From assembly GCF_009914755.1 (NCBI RefSeq), contig NC_060927.1: a DNA stretch of 64,000 bases; one strand, given 5' to 3'. The notes under the pieces are model-generated. The model saw only the letters and a list, made by a program, of their open reading frames with translations, was not told the origin of the DNA and searched no databases. The position numbers and the translations under genes are program-made. Source of the DNA: the human T2T-CHM13v2.0 reference genome, Homo sapiens. Below are positions 47,183 through 58,639 of the stretch, in pieces (within the stretch, counting starts at the first letter, position 1; the number at the start of each line of letters is the position of its first letter).

Positions 47183-47884
47183 TAATGGAAGATTGAAAAA
47201 TTGTTTGGCCCAATTTATCTGTCTCTTCTCCACACTCCTACATTTATGCTCTTTCCATGTCCTTTTCAGGGTTGTGGCCCATAGATTTTATCTTGGCCAT
47301 CTGACTTGCTTTGGACAATGGTAGAAAATGTGGCAGTTCTAAACCTAAGCTTTAAGAAGCCTCATATGTTTCTGTTTGTCCTCTTGCATGTCTGCCATAA
47401 ATATGAGAAGATTAGCTCATGAAAGATAAATTTTATAGCAAATCCCTAAAAGTTATAGCAAGTTACTAAAAGTGACAAATATTATTGGATTTCTTTTAAC
47501 AGGTATTTTGAGGACCTGACATTTATTCTTTAGTGTGAAGGAAAAAAATGTTATTTGACTCTGCCCAATATCTTTCAAAATGATTTGAGTCTTATATTCA
47601 TTCCCTGAATAATGTCTGCCCCATGAATTGGGGTCCCTGAATGAACACATATGCAGCAGTGATACCCCCTAGCTAAGTCACAGACCTGTAGTCATAAGAA
47701 GAGTCACCCAGCTGTCCAGCTGCTGCAACCCAAAACAGAATCGCCCAAACACTCCTGGTCTACATCAGTAGAACTGTTCCAACAGACCCATAAGCTCATG
47801 AAAATAAATGATAATTATTTAAAAATGCTGCATTTTGGGGTGATTGGTTACATAGTTTTATTATGGAGACAGTTGACTCATATA
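47183..47884 (+). mobile_element. MLT1H-like MaLR LTR, apparently in two pieces
   Basis: TGACTTGCTTTGGACAATGG..CCTAAGCTTTAAGAAGCCTC and GGGTCCCTGAATGAAC..AAATAAATG..TTTTGGGGTGATTGGTTACATAG. Confidence 0.7.
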
Positions 47885-48029
47885 TATTTATCTGACACCA
47901 CATGTTTCAGTAAGATGTCTATTATGATCATGCTAAGCACCAAACCTGTCTTTCATCCCCATACACACACCAAATCTCAAAGACTTAGGAGAATAACTGC
48001 TTTTTTCATCACTCAAGGGTCTTTGGAAT

Positions 48030-48320
48030 AGCTAGTGGCTTTTCTTCAGACTGCAAGTTAGCTTCAGACTACTTCAACCTGACTGGCAGTCTGAGAACAG
48101 AGCATGCTTTTTTTATGACAGATAGCAAAAGGATAAGAAGAATGCCAAACATGAAAGTAAGTTAATGCATCTCTCATATCATATTTGTTCACATTCTGTT
48201 GCAAAGTAATTTATGTGGCCATTCTCAAAGCAGGGAGGGTAGCAGGAAGTAGAGTCTGCTGTAAGAGAGAAGAGGTGGAGAGAAGTACATATTTTCTGAA
48301 CAATTATCTAACCTATCACA
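48030..48320 (-). mobile_element. Old MLT1 (J/K-like) LTR fragment
   Basis: TTCACATTCTGTTGCAAAGTAATTTATGTGGCC..TTTCTGAACAATTATCTAACCTATCACA. Confidence 0.5.
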
Positions 48321-48419
48321 TCATACATTACTTGTATTAATCTCAGTCTTCTATATTGAGGTTTCAGGGTAAGGCCAATGAAGATAGGATATAAAACAGT
48401 ATAAAATCTAAGACACTGT

Positions 48420-49480
48420 TAGATGATAAGCACAAAAGGGTGACTGTAATCAGTAATAATTATACATTTAAAAATAACTAAAGAGAATAATTGGATTGTT
48501 TGTAACACAAAGCGTAAAATCTTTCAGGGAATAGATACCCAATTTTCCATGATGTAATTATTACACATTGCATGCCTATATCAAAACATCTTATGTACCT
48601 TATAAATATATACACATAGTGCTGTAGTCTCAGCAATGCACCAAGATGTAACAGTCTCTTGTCTGAGATAATGTCTGGAGTTTTTTGTCTGACCTCCAGG
48701 AAAAAAAGGAGTGTGGACACAAAGGTGAGGTTAGAGCAAAAGTTTAATAAGTGAAAGAAGAAAGCCCTCTGCCAGCAGAGAGGGGGGCCTGAACAGGGTG
48801 TCTCCTATGAGGCTGGGGTCCAATGTTTTTATGGACCCCATGTGGGATTTTTATGGGAAGGGGAAGGAATATGCTTAGTCCACGGGCTGTCTTGGAGAAT
48901 GGTGTGACTCAGCTTGGCCCAGGGCCTTGGCCCAGGACCAGTCAGGAGCTGAAATAATGATTCACAGATGCTGCTTAGCTTGGCCCAGGATCTATCAGGA
49001 GCTGAAGTGAAAGCTTGGCCTGGGACCTTGGCATGGGACCAATCAGAGGCTGAAATGATGATTCATAAAAGCTGGACTTATAGTCCAAATAAAGAAAAGT
49101 CAAGTGCGCACCAGAACCCACTGGAGCCCACTGTGCCCATGCCCACAAAAGGAGAAGAAACTTTTCCTGGGACCCCACTGACTATACAAAGGACAAAGGC
49201 CAGGGCTTTGTTTCTTTATCTGAGTGAGCTAGAGGTTTGTGCAAGTTTTTATTCAAGCAGGCTGGAGGTTTTTCTATCTGTGCAGCCGTGGGCTTGTCTC
49301 CAGGCAAAACACCCTGTGCTAGTTTTCCCTTATCTGTGCCTGCAGCTTATGTGGGGATGAGGTACTGACCCATGGGCTAGGGGCTCTCTGGAGACCCTTC
49401 CTTGTTATCCCCTTAAGGCAAGCTAACCAAATCCTTTCAATAGTATGTACCCTCAGTAATTAAAAATAAAGAAATTTAAA
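48420..49480 (+). mobile_element. L1MA1/2-like 3' terminal fragment, interrupted by an ERV1 LTR
   Basis: AGGGTGACTGT..AATTGGATTGTTTGTAACACAAAG..CATTGCATGCCTATATCAAAACATC, resuming with TATGTACCC..TAAAAATAAA after the LTR. Confidence 0.85.
48620..49439 (-). mobile_element. ERV1-class solo LTR (~820 bp, family unresolved)
   Basis: TG...CA termini and a perfect 4-bp TSD ATAG at 48616-48619 and 49440-49443. Internal CCAATCAG-containing subrepeats. Confidence 0.88.
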
Positions 49481-49499
49481 CATTAAATAAATAAATAAA

Positions 49500-50578
49500 T
49501 AGCAGAATATGTAAGGCACTCAAACAACCCAGTAGCAAAAAGAAAACAGAAAAACAAACAAAAAACCCCAAATAATCCAATTGAAAATTGGCCAAAAATT
49601 TGAATAGACATTTCTCAAAAGAAGACATACAAATGGCCAAAGGGTATATGGAAAAAGTATGCCCAACATAATTAATCATTGGAGAAATGCAAATAAAAAC
49701 CACAATGAATATCTTACCCCAGTTAAAATGGCTTCTATCAAAAAGATGGGCAGTAACAGATGCTGGTGAGGATGTGGAGAAAGGGGAAGGCTCATACATT
49801 TTTGGTGGGAGTATAAATTAGTACAGCCACTATGGAAATCTATGTGAAGATTTCAAAAACTAAAAATATAACTAAGATTTCAAAAAACTACAAATATAAC
49901 TAACGTATGATCCAGCAATTTCCTACTGGATATATATCCAAAAAAAGAAATCAAAATATTAAAGAAACATATTCTATGTTTATTACAGCACTATTAACAA
50001 TAGCCAAAACATGGAATCAACCTATCAATTATCTATTGATATGCCCATCAATAGATAAATGAACAAAGAAAATGTGGTATGTATACAAAATAGAATGTCA
50101 TTCAGTCACTTGCAGCAACATGGATAGAACTAGAGGTCATTGTGTTAAATAAAATAAACCAAGAACAGAAAGATTATATATTACATGTTCACTCATATGT
50201 GAGAGCTAAAAATGTGAAGCTTATAAAACTATCAAGTCGATTGGTGGTTACCAGAGGCCATGAAGGGTAGGGAGAAGAAGGGATTGAAGACAGGTTGATT
50301 AATGGGCATAAACAGTATGATAAAATAAATATCTAGTTTTATATAGATCAGTAGAGTGACTATAGTTTCCAATAATCTAGTGTATATTTCAAAATAGCTA
50401 GAAGAGAATAATTCAAATGTTTCTAGCATAAAGACAAATATTTAAGGTGATGCGTAACCCAATTATACTAATTTAATCTTTACAAATTATATGAGTATGT
50501 TAAATTATTTCATGCACCTCCAAAATATGTACGTCCATTATGTATCAATACCAAAATAAATGTTAAAGAAGAAAAAAT
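49500..50578 (+). mobile_element. L1MA-type LINE 3' fragment
   Basis: ORF2 C-terminal motifs (GAATAGACATTTCTCAAAAGAAGACATAC, GATGTGGAGAAAGGGGAA), L1MA 3' UTR (GTATATTTCAAAATAGCTAGAAGAG) and an A-rich end. Confidence 0.9.
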
Positions 50579-52189
50579 AATTCCATAAATTTTATTCCAC
50601 ATTCATAGCATTTTTTCTTTCTAGTTATAGACCTAATGTTAAATATTTCCATCCTGTTTTCTTGTTTTTACCCCTCTTTGTAACATCTCTTCTTTAATAC
50701 TGAAACAAAGCAACCTTACTCTGATTTCACACTCTGGTTTTAGCATGTAATATATTATTCTGGAATCCTAAATGTACATGCCTGTCAGACTTTGTTGACT
50801 GAAGACACAGGAACTGTATTGCTCATCTTTGCACCCCCTAGCCCCACCCCACTAACATCTGGCTAACTCCGACCCTTTGTAAGTGCTCCATGATTGCTGG
50901 TTGGAATTCACTTATATGTGAGGACTCTAAAGAATAAAGAGAGTGCTTACTCATGTCATACAGGCACTCCCTTCTTAATGTTCAAGAAACTACATTAGTA
51001 CAACTGTTTCTGGTAATAATTAAAGAGTGAAATTATCAATTTCAATCAAATGCCACATATAGTATCTGGATATAATTAATTATTTTAAATATTTTTAGAT
51101 TATATCATTATATGATAATCATTAAATGTATTTTTTTTATAATTATCAACCCAACCAACTAAAGTGTATGTATTATTGAAATGCAGTGAAATAGTTTTCT
51201 TTTCCACATTACATCTACACTCATTCTTTAATAATAATCCCTCCACTTTGGGACTGAATAATACTTCAGTTTTGCCTTTGTCTTATACATCACCCCCAAC
51301 CTGCCTTTTCCTTAGGTTTCCTCTTTACCTACTCCAATATTTTACATATTAAAATTTCCTTTTTTTGTTCCAGGTTATTACTGTATTTTGTGCCAAATAT
51401 CATATTCTATTGCCAATTTCTGTCAAACGCTATCCCTCAAAATTCACTCTTTTTATTTTAAGGGTAAGTATGGCTCCACCCTCTATTTTAAATATTATGA
51501 GACTATGGCAGGCTTTTTTTATGTTAGGTTTCCTGAGTATCTCTCAAAGATAACAAAAAATTCTAATTTTCTACTTATTGGTTTAAACCTATGATTATAA
51601 CTGAATCTCTTCTTCTGACTTTCTGGCATAGTTTTACAGTTCTAAATTTCTTCATTCACAACTTCTTTGAAAATTAAATGTAGTATATTAATTTTTCTTA
51701 CCTGACTTCTTATATCACTGTTTATTTTTGAATTTGTATGTTGGTGCCACAAAGTTCTGACATCAAGTGCAATAACATATTTTCATCTTAATTATACCCA
51801 GACATTTCTCTTTCTCCCTTATTTTTTGTTTTAGTTTTAAATATTACCTTAGGTAAAACATTTTAGATGTTTTTTATAAAACTAAAATATAAATTGCCTT
51901 CTTAAATGTTCTCTTCTTTTTATGTGACACGTAGGAATCATTTTTTCTTCAATTCTTCATGGGGCTTTAAATTAACCAAATTATTGCATAATTTTTCTGA
52001 CTACACTTTTACTTGTTTTAGTCTGCTATAAAGAAATACCTGCAACTGGAAAATATATAAAGCAGAAACTTATTTTATTTTATTCCACATTAAGAACAAC
52101 ATTTTTTCTAATTGCAGACCTAATGTTAAATATTCCCATCCCATTTTCTTGTTTTTACCCCTTTTTAATTTTTGAAAAATGAGCAATGG

Positions 52190-52528
<339 letters not shown>

Positions 52529-53604
52529 CTAAGATAACTGGCTAGCTATACGCAGAAGAATGAAACTAGATCCCTACCTATCACCATATACAAAAACTAA
52601 CCAATGATAGATTAAAAGTTTAAATGTAAGACCTCAAACTATTAAAATCCTGGAAGAAAATCTAGGACATACCGTTCTGTACATCAGCGTTAGCAAAGAA
52701 TTTATGACTGAGTCCTCAAAAGCAACTGCAACAAAAACAACAATTGACAAGTGAGACCTAACTAAACTAAAGAGCTTCTGCACAGCAAAAGAAACTAGCA
52801 ACAGAGTAAACACACAACTTATAGGCTGGAAGAAAGGATTTGCAAACTACGCATCCCACAATGTCTAATATCCAGAATCTGTAAGGAACTTCAACAATTC
52901 AACGAGCAAGAAACGAATAGCCCCACTAAAGAGCAGGCAAAAGACATGAACAGACACTTCTGAAAATAAGACATACAGTCAACCAATAAACATGAAAGAA
53001 TGTTTAACATCCCTCTTAATCACAGAAATGCAAATTGAAACAATACTGACAGGCCATCCCACACCAGTCATAATGACTATTACTAAAAGTATAAAAACAA
53101 CAGTTGTTGGTGAGGCTGCAGAGAAAAGGGAATGCTTTTACTCTGTTGGTGGGAACGTAAATTAGTTCAGCCACTGTGGAGAGTTGTTTGAAGATTTCTC
53201 AAAGAATTAAAAATAGAACTATCATTCGACCCAGCAATTTTATTACTTGGTATAAATCCAGAGGAAAATAAATCATTCTACCAAAAATATACATGCATTT
53301 GTGTGTTCATTGCAGCACTATTCACAATAGAAAAGACATGGAATCAACCCAGGTGCCCATCAATGATGGATTGAATGAAAAGAATGTGGTTCATGTACAC
53401 CATGGAATACTACACAGCCTTAAAAAGGAATAAATTATGTCTTTTGCAGCAACATAAATGCAGCTAGAAACCATTATCCTAAGTTAATTAATGCAGGAAC
53501 AGAAAACCATATACTCTATGTTCTCACTTGTAAGAGAGAGCTAAACAATGGATACGAATGGACATTAAGATGAGAACAACAGACACTGGAAACCACAAGA
53601 TGGG

Positions 53605-53964
53605 TGACATGGTTTGGATTTGTGTCCCCATCCATATCTCATGCCAATGGTAATCGCCAATATTGGAAGAAGGGCCTGGTGGGAGGTGAGTGAATCATGT
53701 GGGCAAATTTCCTTCTTGCTAGTCTCATGATAGTGAGTTCTCACAGATCTGGTCACTTCCCCTTCTCTCTCTTCCTCCTGCTCCAGCCATGTAAGACATG
53801 ACTGCTTCCCCTTTGCCTTCCGCCATTATTGAAAGTTTCCTGAGGCCTCCCCAGCCATGCTTCCTGTACAGATTGTGGAATCATAAGCCAATGAAACCTC
53901 TTTTCTTTATAACTTACCCAGTTTCAGGTAGTTCTTTATAGCAGTGCACAAACAGACTAATACA
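53605..53964 (+). mobile_element. MSTA MaLR solo LTR nested in the L1 3' UTR
   Basis: TGACATGGTTTGGATTTGTGTCCCC start and AGACTAATACA end. Confidence 0.9.
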
Positions 53965-54873
53965 TGTGGGAGGCACGGAGTGGGGCAAGGTTTGGAAAAC
54001 TACCTATTAGGTTTTATGCTTACTACCTGGGTGGCAGTTTCAATCATACCTCAAACTTCAGCATCACACAGTATACCCATGTAACAAACCTGCACAAGTA
54101 CGCTCTGAATCTAAAGTAAAAAAAAAAGAAATACATTATTTTTCTGATAAAAAAAGAAATAAATTTATTTCTCACAGTTCTGAAGGCTGGAAGTCCAATA
54201 CTGAGACACCAGCTGCCTTGGCGTCTGGTGAGATGAAAACCTGGTCACTTTTTTCAAGTTGATCTCTTGTCACTGCACCCATGCTGCATCTCTTGGGGGA
54301 TGAATGCTGGGTCTTCACATGGAAGTAGAAACGGAAGGTCAAAAGAGCCTCAATAATAGCTCCTTTGATTCCTTTCAAAAGGGTGCTAAAACCATTTATG
54401 AGATTTAATCATCTTGTTAAAACACCGCATCTTATAAAAACCCCACCTCAATATTAGAACATTGAGTCTTAGGTTCCAACATTTGAAATTTGCTGGCACA
54501 TACGCATTCAAACCATTGCAGACCATTCTTCTGAGCATGCACTCTCCCTGGTAAAAATAATATTCTCTATTAGAATGGAATTCTAGTCTTCCACATCTTC
54601 TCCTTTCTCAGGAAAATTTGGCATCATTACTGATATTCTGATCCTCTCACATACCTAAAATTTTTTTTCTCTCACTCAGGTTTTTCTCTTCCTTCATTAT
54701 GTGTAAAATGTGAACATTTCTCCCAGTTTAGTTCTTGCCCTCTCTTCATCTATATTCCTTACTCTTTGCAAAATTTGTCTACTCCCATAAACATATATAT
54801 GCTTGATTAATAATTTAAAAAATCATATATATTTTTTCTGTCTCTAATGTCATATCTCTAACATCCTGTAGAC

Positions 54874-55126
54874 TGGTGGTCCCCAACCTTTTTGGCACCA
54901 GGGACTAGTTTTATGGAAGACAATTTTTCCATGGTTGGGTTTGGAAGGATGGCCTCAGGATGGTTCAAGCATATTATATTTATCATTAGATTCTCATAAG
55001 GAGGGTGCAGCCTAGATCCCTCACATATGCAGTTCACAATAGGGTTGTGCTCTCCTGCTGTGTGACCCAGTTCCTAACAGGCCATGGAGTGGTACCCATC
55101 TATTGCCCAGGGGTTGAAGACTCCTG
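54874..55126 (+). mobile_element. MER1 (hAT-Charlie MITE), internally deleted
   Basis: GGTCCCCAACCTTTTTGGCACCAGGGAC start. Perfect 8-bp TSD CTGTAGAC at 54866-54873 and 55127-55134. Confidence 0.93.
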
Positions 55127-56204
55127 CTGTAGACTATTTCTACAACCTGTACTGTCCTGTTTGATCTCAGGGTCTTTCCATGTCTACTACTAGTGTTCCC
55201 ACAGATTAAGCTGTACCACTGAATTTGCTAATTTCCATTAGTAAGAATCTCATTACCTTTCTACTCATTTAGGCTCAAGTCTTCAGTTACAATAGCCAAT
55301 GTTTACTGAGCCCCTCCTCTGTTGGACAATGTAAGCATCTTTCCTATGCATAATGAGGAATATGTAGCTCCTCTGAGGACCTGTGGACGTTCCCTTATCT
55401 TAAACCTGTCAAAGTTTTCTACAGAAATATACACAGTTAAGATATATGTTTTATCTTAACTATTTATGAAAATGTTTCACTCTATTTCATAATAAATATT
55501 TCCTTATCCTTCAGACATTTAATTGCCAAGGTGTCTCAGAATATAATTCTAGAAGTTCTTCTTTTCTCTAACTACATTCACTCCCTGAGTAATCTCATAC
55601 GTTATGAGCATTCACAAATTTATATTTATGCCACCAACCTCTCACCTCAAATCTCGCCACTTATATCCAAATTTTCAATATCTTTACTTATTAATCTATA
55701 TTTTTACAATTAACTCAAATTTATCATATTCAAAACTGAACTCCTAGTTCATATATCTCTTAACTGTGCTGAAATCCTGTGTCACCAAAAGTCATTTTTT
55801 TCAATAAATGACAATCTCACTTCTCAATTGTTTAGACCATTAAAAAAAAACCCTGATTCCTTTTATATCTCCAGATTAATCCCGTTAACTGAATTTCAAA
55901 GTAGACACAGAGCTGTTCATTTTTTACCACTTCATCTACTACCATACTTTCAATAATTTCTTCATTATTGGGGTTACTCGTATCCTAAAAACAAGAAACC
56001 AGGTTTATTGTTTTCACTCTTGCTCACCAACAACCTATTTCCCACTTACCAGTTAGAGTGACCCTACTAAAACTGCCTTTTTTGCTCAAATCAGTGCAAT
56101 GAAGGTCCTGAAAATGTTACGTGGGGTCCTACCCATATTGAATTCCAGCTCTCCCTCTCTGCCCACCTCTCCTATTATTCTTTGTCTTGTTCCATTTGCT
56201 GCAT

Positions 56205-56734
56205 CAGTGTTTCTTAAACAGAAGTGGGTGAGGGGAGAAAGAGGAGATGGTAACTGTGAACTTTTCTTCCTCAGGAATATTTAGCAACTTCTGTAGGCAT
56301 CTTTGGTTTATACAGCTGAGGGTATGTGTGGAGGCTTCCACCTGCAATCTAGTGGGAAGAGGCCGGAGATGCTGCTAAGCATCCTATAATGTGGTGGTCC
56401 CCAACATTTTTGGCACCAGGGACCAGTTTTGTGGAAGACAATTTTTCCACGGACAGGGGTGGGGGATGGTTTGGGGATGAAACTGTTCCACCTCAGATCT
56501 TCAAGCATTAATTAGAATCTAATGCCGCTGCTGATCTGACAAGAGGTGAAGCTCAGGTGGTAATACTCGCTCACCTGCCATTCACCTCCTACTGTGTAGC
56601 CCAGTTCCCAACAAGTCATGGACTAGTACCAGTCAGTGACCCAGGGATTGGGGACTCCTGCTGTAAGGCGTAAGACAAACTGCACAACATTTATCTGGAC
56701 CAAAAGGTCAATATGCAGATGTTGAGAAACCCTG
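56205..56734. mobile_element. MER20 (hAT-Charlie) with nested MER1B
   Basis: CAGTGTTTCTTAA start, ATCTAGTGGGAAGAGGCCGGAGATGCTGCTAAGCATCCTA internally, and GTTGAGAAACCCTG end. Confidence 0.85.
56392..56660 (+). mobile_element. MER1B (hAT-Charlie MITE)
   Basis: GGTCCCCAACATTTTTGGCACCAGGGACCAG..GATGAAACTGTTCCACCTCAGATC..GGGGACTCCTG. Degenerate TSD CTATAATG/CTGTAAGG. Confidence 0.92.
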
Positions 56735-57943
56735 TGTTACAGCTACAATGATGCCTCTGCAATTCCCATATGAAAAATATATTAAGAGCATATTAAAAAT
56801 GTCATATTCCCTGGTGTTTTCACTAAACATTGCATTTCTTTAGAATATCCTTTTTTGATAGATGTATGCTCTGATTTATTCAGGTCTCTCTCAAATACTG
56901 CCTCAAAAAACCCTTCTCTGACCATCCTCAGGTACTCTCTATCACAAAACCTACTTTCTTTTCTTGATTACATGGTTAAATACCTAGTATATTACACATT
57001 ATTTGTATATTTGGTTGTTGTCTGTTTCTGTTTGCTACAATATAAGCCCTATTATGGTGAGGTTCTGGTCAATACTGTGTTCTTTATCCCTAGAACCTTG
57101 AACAGTGTTTGAAACATGTCAGGAACTAATAAGGTAAATGAATGAATCAATTTTTTATCCAAATTTTACCCTTTCTATTCTATTAATTTCCTTGTATCTA
57201 CAATAATTTCAAACTCCCAAGTTTTTCTTCTCCCTTCTTTCTCTTATAGTACTTACTGCTTTTACCTGTTTATTGGAATTTGAAAATGATGGCAGTTCTA
57301 TTTTTGCATAAAATTGTCAGAGTTGTATTTGTAACTTTAACTACTTAGCAGGAAATGACTACCATAAACCACTTATCCTATGTGGTTTAATAGTTCACTG
57401 CTTCATAATGTATTAGTAAAATTTCTCTAAATTATCAAATTCAGCTTCTATATTAGATATTATTTTCCTGGTCGAATAACCCTAATTTTTCTGGCAGCAT
57501 ATACTTTGTAAATAAGACTATAATAATCTTTTCTAAAAAATCACAAGCTGTGACAGTCTTGACTATAAGTATTAAATTCAAATTATCAAAAATATCCTTG
57601 ATATTAAGAAAAAATGGCTCAGGCTCATCTTTTAGAAAGTGAGTGAAATTATATGGGCCATTAAAAAAATTTACTCTTCACACATATTTTGTTTTTATCT
57701 ATATGACTTAGGAATCTAGAGTTCCATATAAATTCTTTCTTATAATAAATGCTATAGTTAATTAAATGGATTTAAATTAAATGTGCAGATTACTCATCAC
57801 CTTGAGATGAAGAATAATTCTCTAATCCTGAAATGTGTGGGTCCTACTAGAGAAAAACTATGCATTTGGAGACCTGGATCTCCTTAATATGGGCACATTT
57901 TATTCTGTGATGAATTGGATAGTAATACCAGCATCTTTTTCCA

Positions 57944-58070
57944 TTTTTTTTTTAGAGATGGGGTCTTGCTATGTTGCCCAGGCTGGTCTCAAATTCCTGG
58001 GCTCCAGCAATCCTTCCATCTTGCCCTGCCAAAATGTTGGAATTACAGGCATGAGTCATCATGCTCAGCC
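57944..58070 (-). mobile_element. FLAM_C / AluJ left monomer
   Basis: TTTAGAGATGGGGTCTTGCTATGTTGCCCAGGCTGGTCTC..CTCAGCC. Confidence 0.9.
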
Positions 58071-58122
58071 AATAGTCTTTTTTCTTTCATATCCTGCTTA
58101 CTTTGTGCTAGTGTATGTAGGG

Positions 58123-58123
<1 letters not shown>

Positions 58124-58152
<29 letters not shown>
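58124..58152. repeat. (TG)n microsatellite
   Basis: About 14 TG units. Confidence 0.95.
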
Positions 58153-58154
<2 letters not shown>

Positions 58155-58167
58155 TTATATACATGTA

Positions 58168-58597
58168 CAATTGACACTTGTACAATGTGAGTCCTAGGGA
58201 TGCCAACCCCCGTGCAGCTGAAAATCTGAGTATGACTTTTGACTCACCCAAAACTTTACTAATAACCTCCTGTTGACTGGCAGCCTTTCAGATAACATAA
58301 ACATTCCATTAATACATATTTTATGTGTGATATGTACTACATCCTGTATTATTATAATAAAGTATGCTCGAGATAGAAAAAGTTAAGAAAATCATAAGAA
58401 AGGGAAAATATATTTACTATTTATTAAATGGAAGTGTATCATCATAAACGTATTCATCCTTGTCTTCTTCATGTTTAGTGGGCTGAGGAGGAAGAGGAGA
58501 AGTTGTTCTTATTGTCTCAGTGGTTGCAAAAGTGGAAGAAAATCCAGGTATAACTGAACCCACACACTTCAAAACTGCATGGCTCAAGGGTCAATTA
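58168..58597 (+). mobile_element. Tigger2a (MER28) DNA transposon
   Basis: TIRs CAATTGACACTTG and CAAGGGTCAATTA with TA flanks. Internal GGCTGAGGAGGAAGAGGAG. Confidence 0.88.
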
Positions 58598-58639
58598 TAT
58601 ACTTACATACATACAAACACATACACACACAATATTACA

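Larger units (their letters stand above)
55520..57148 (+). mobile_element. L2 LINE 3' portion, interrupted by MER20/MER1B
   Basis: CTACATTCACTCCCTGAGTAATCTCAT and CATATTCAAAACTGAACTCCT, with terminal CCCTAGAACCTTGAACAGTG..AAATGAATGAAT. Confidence 0.75.
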
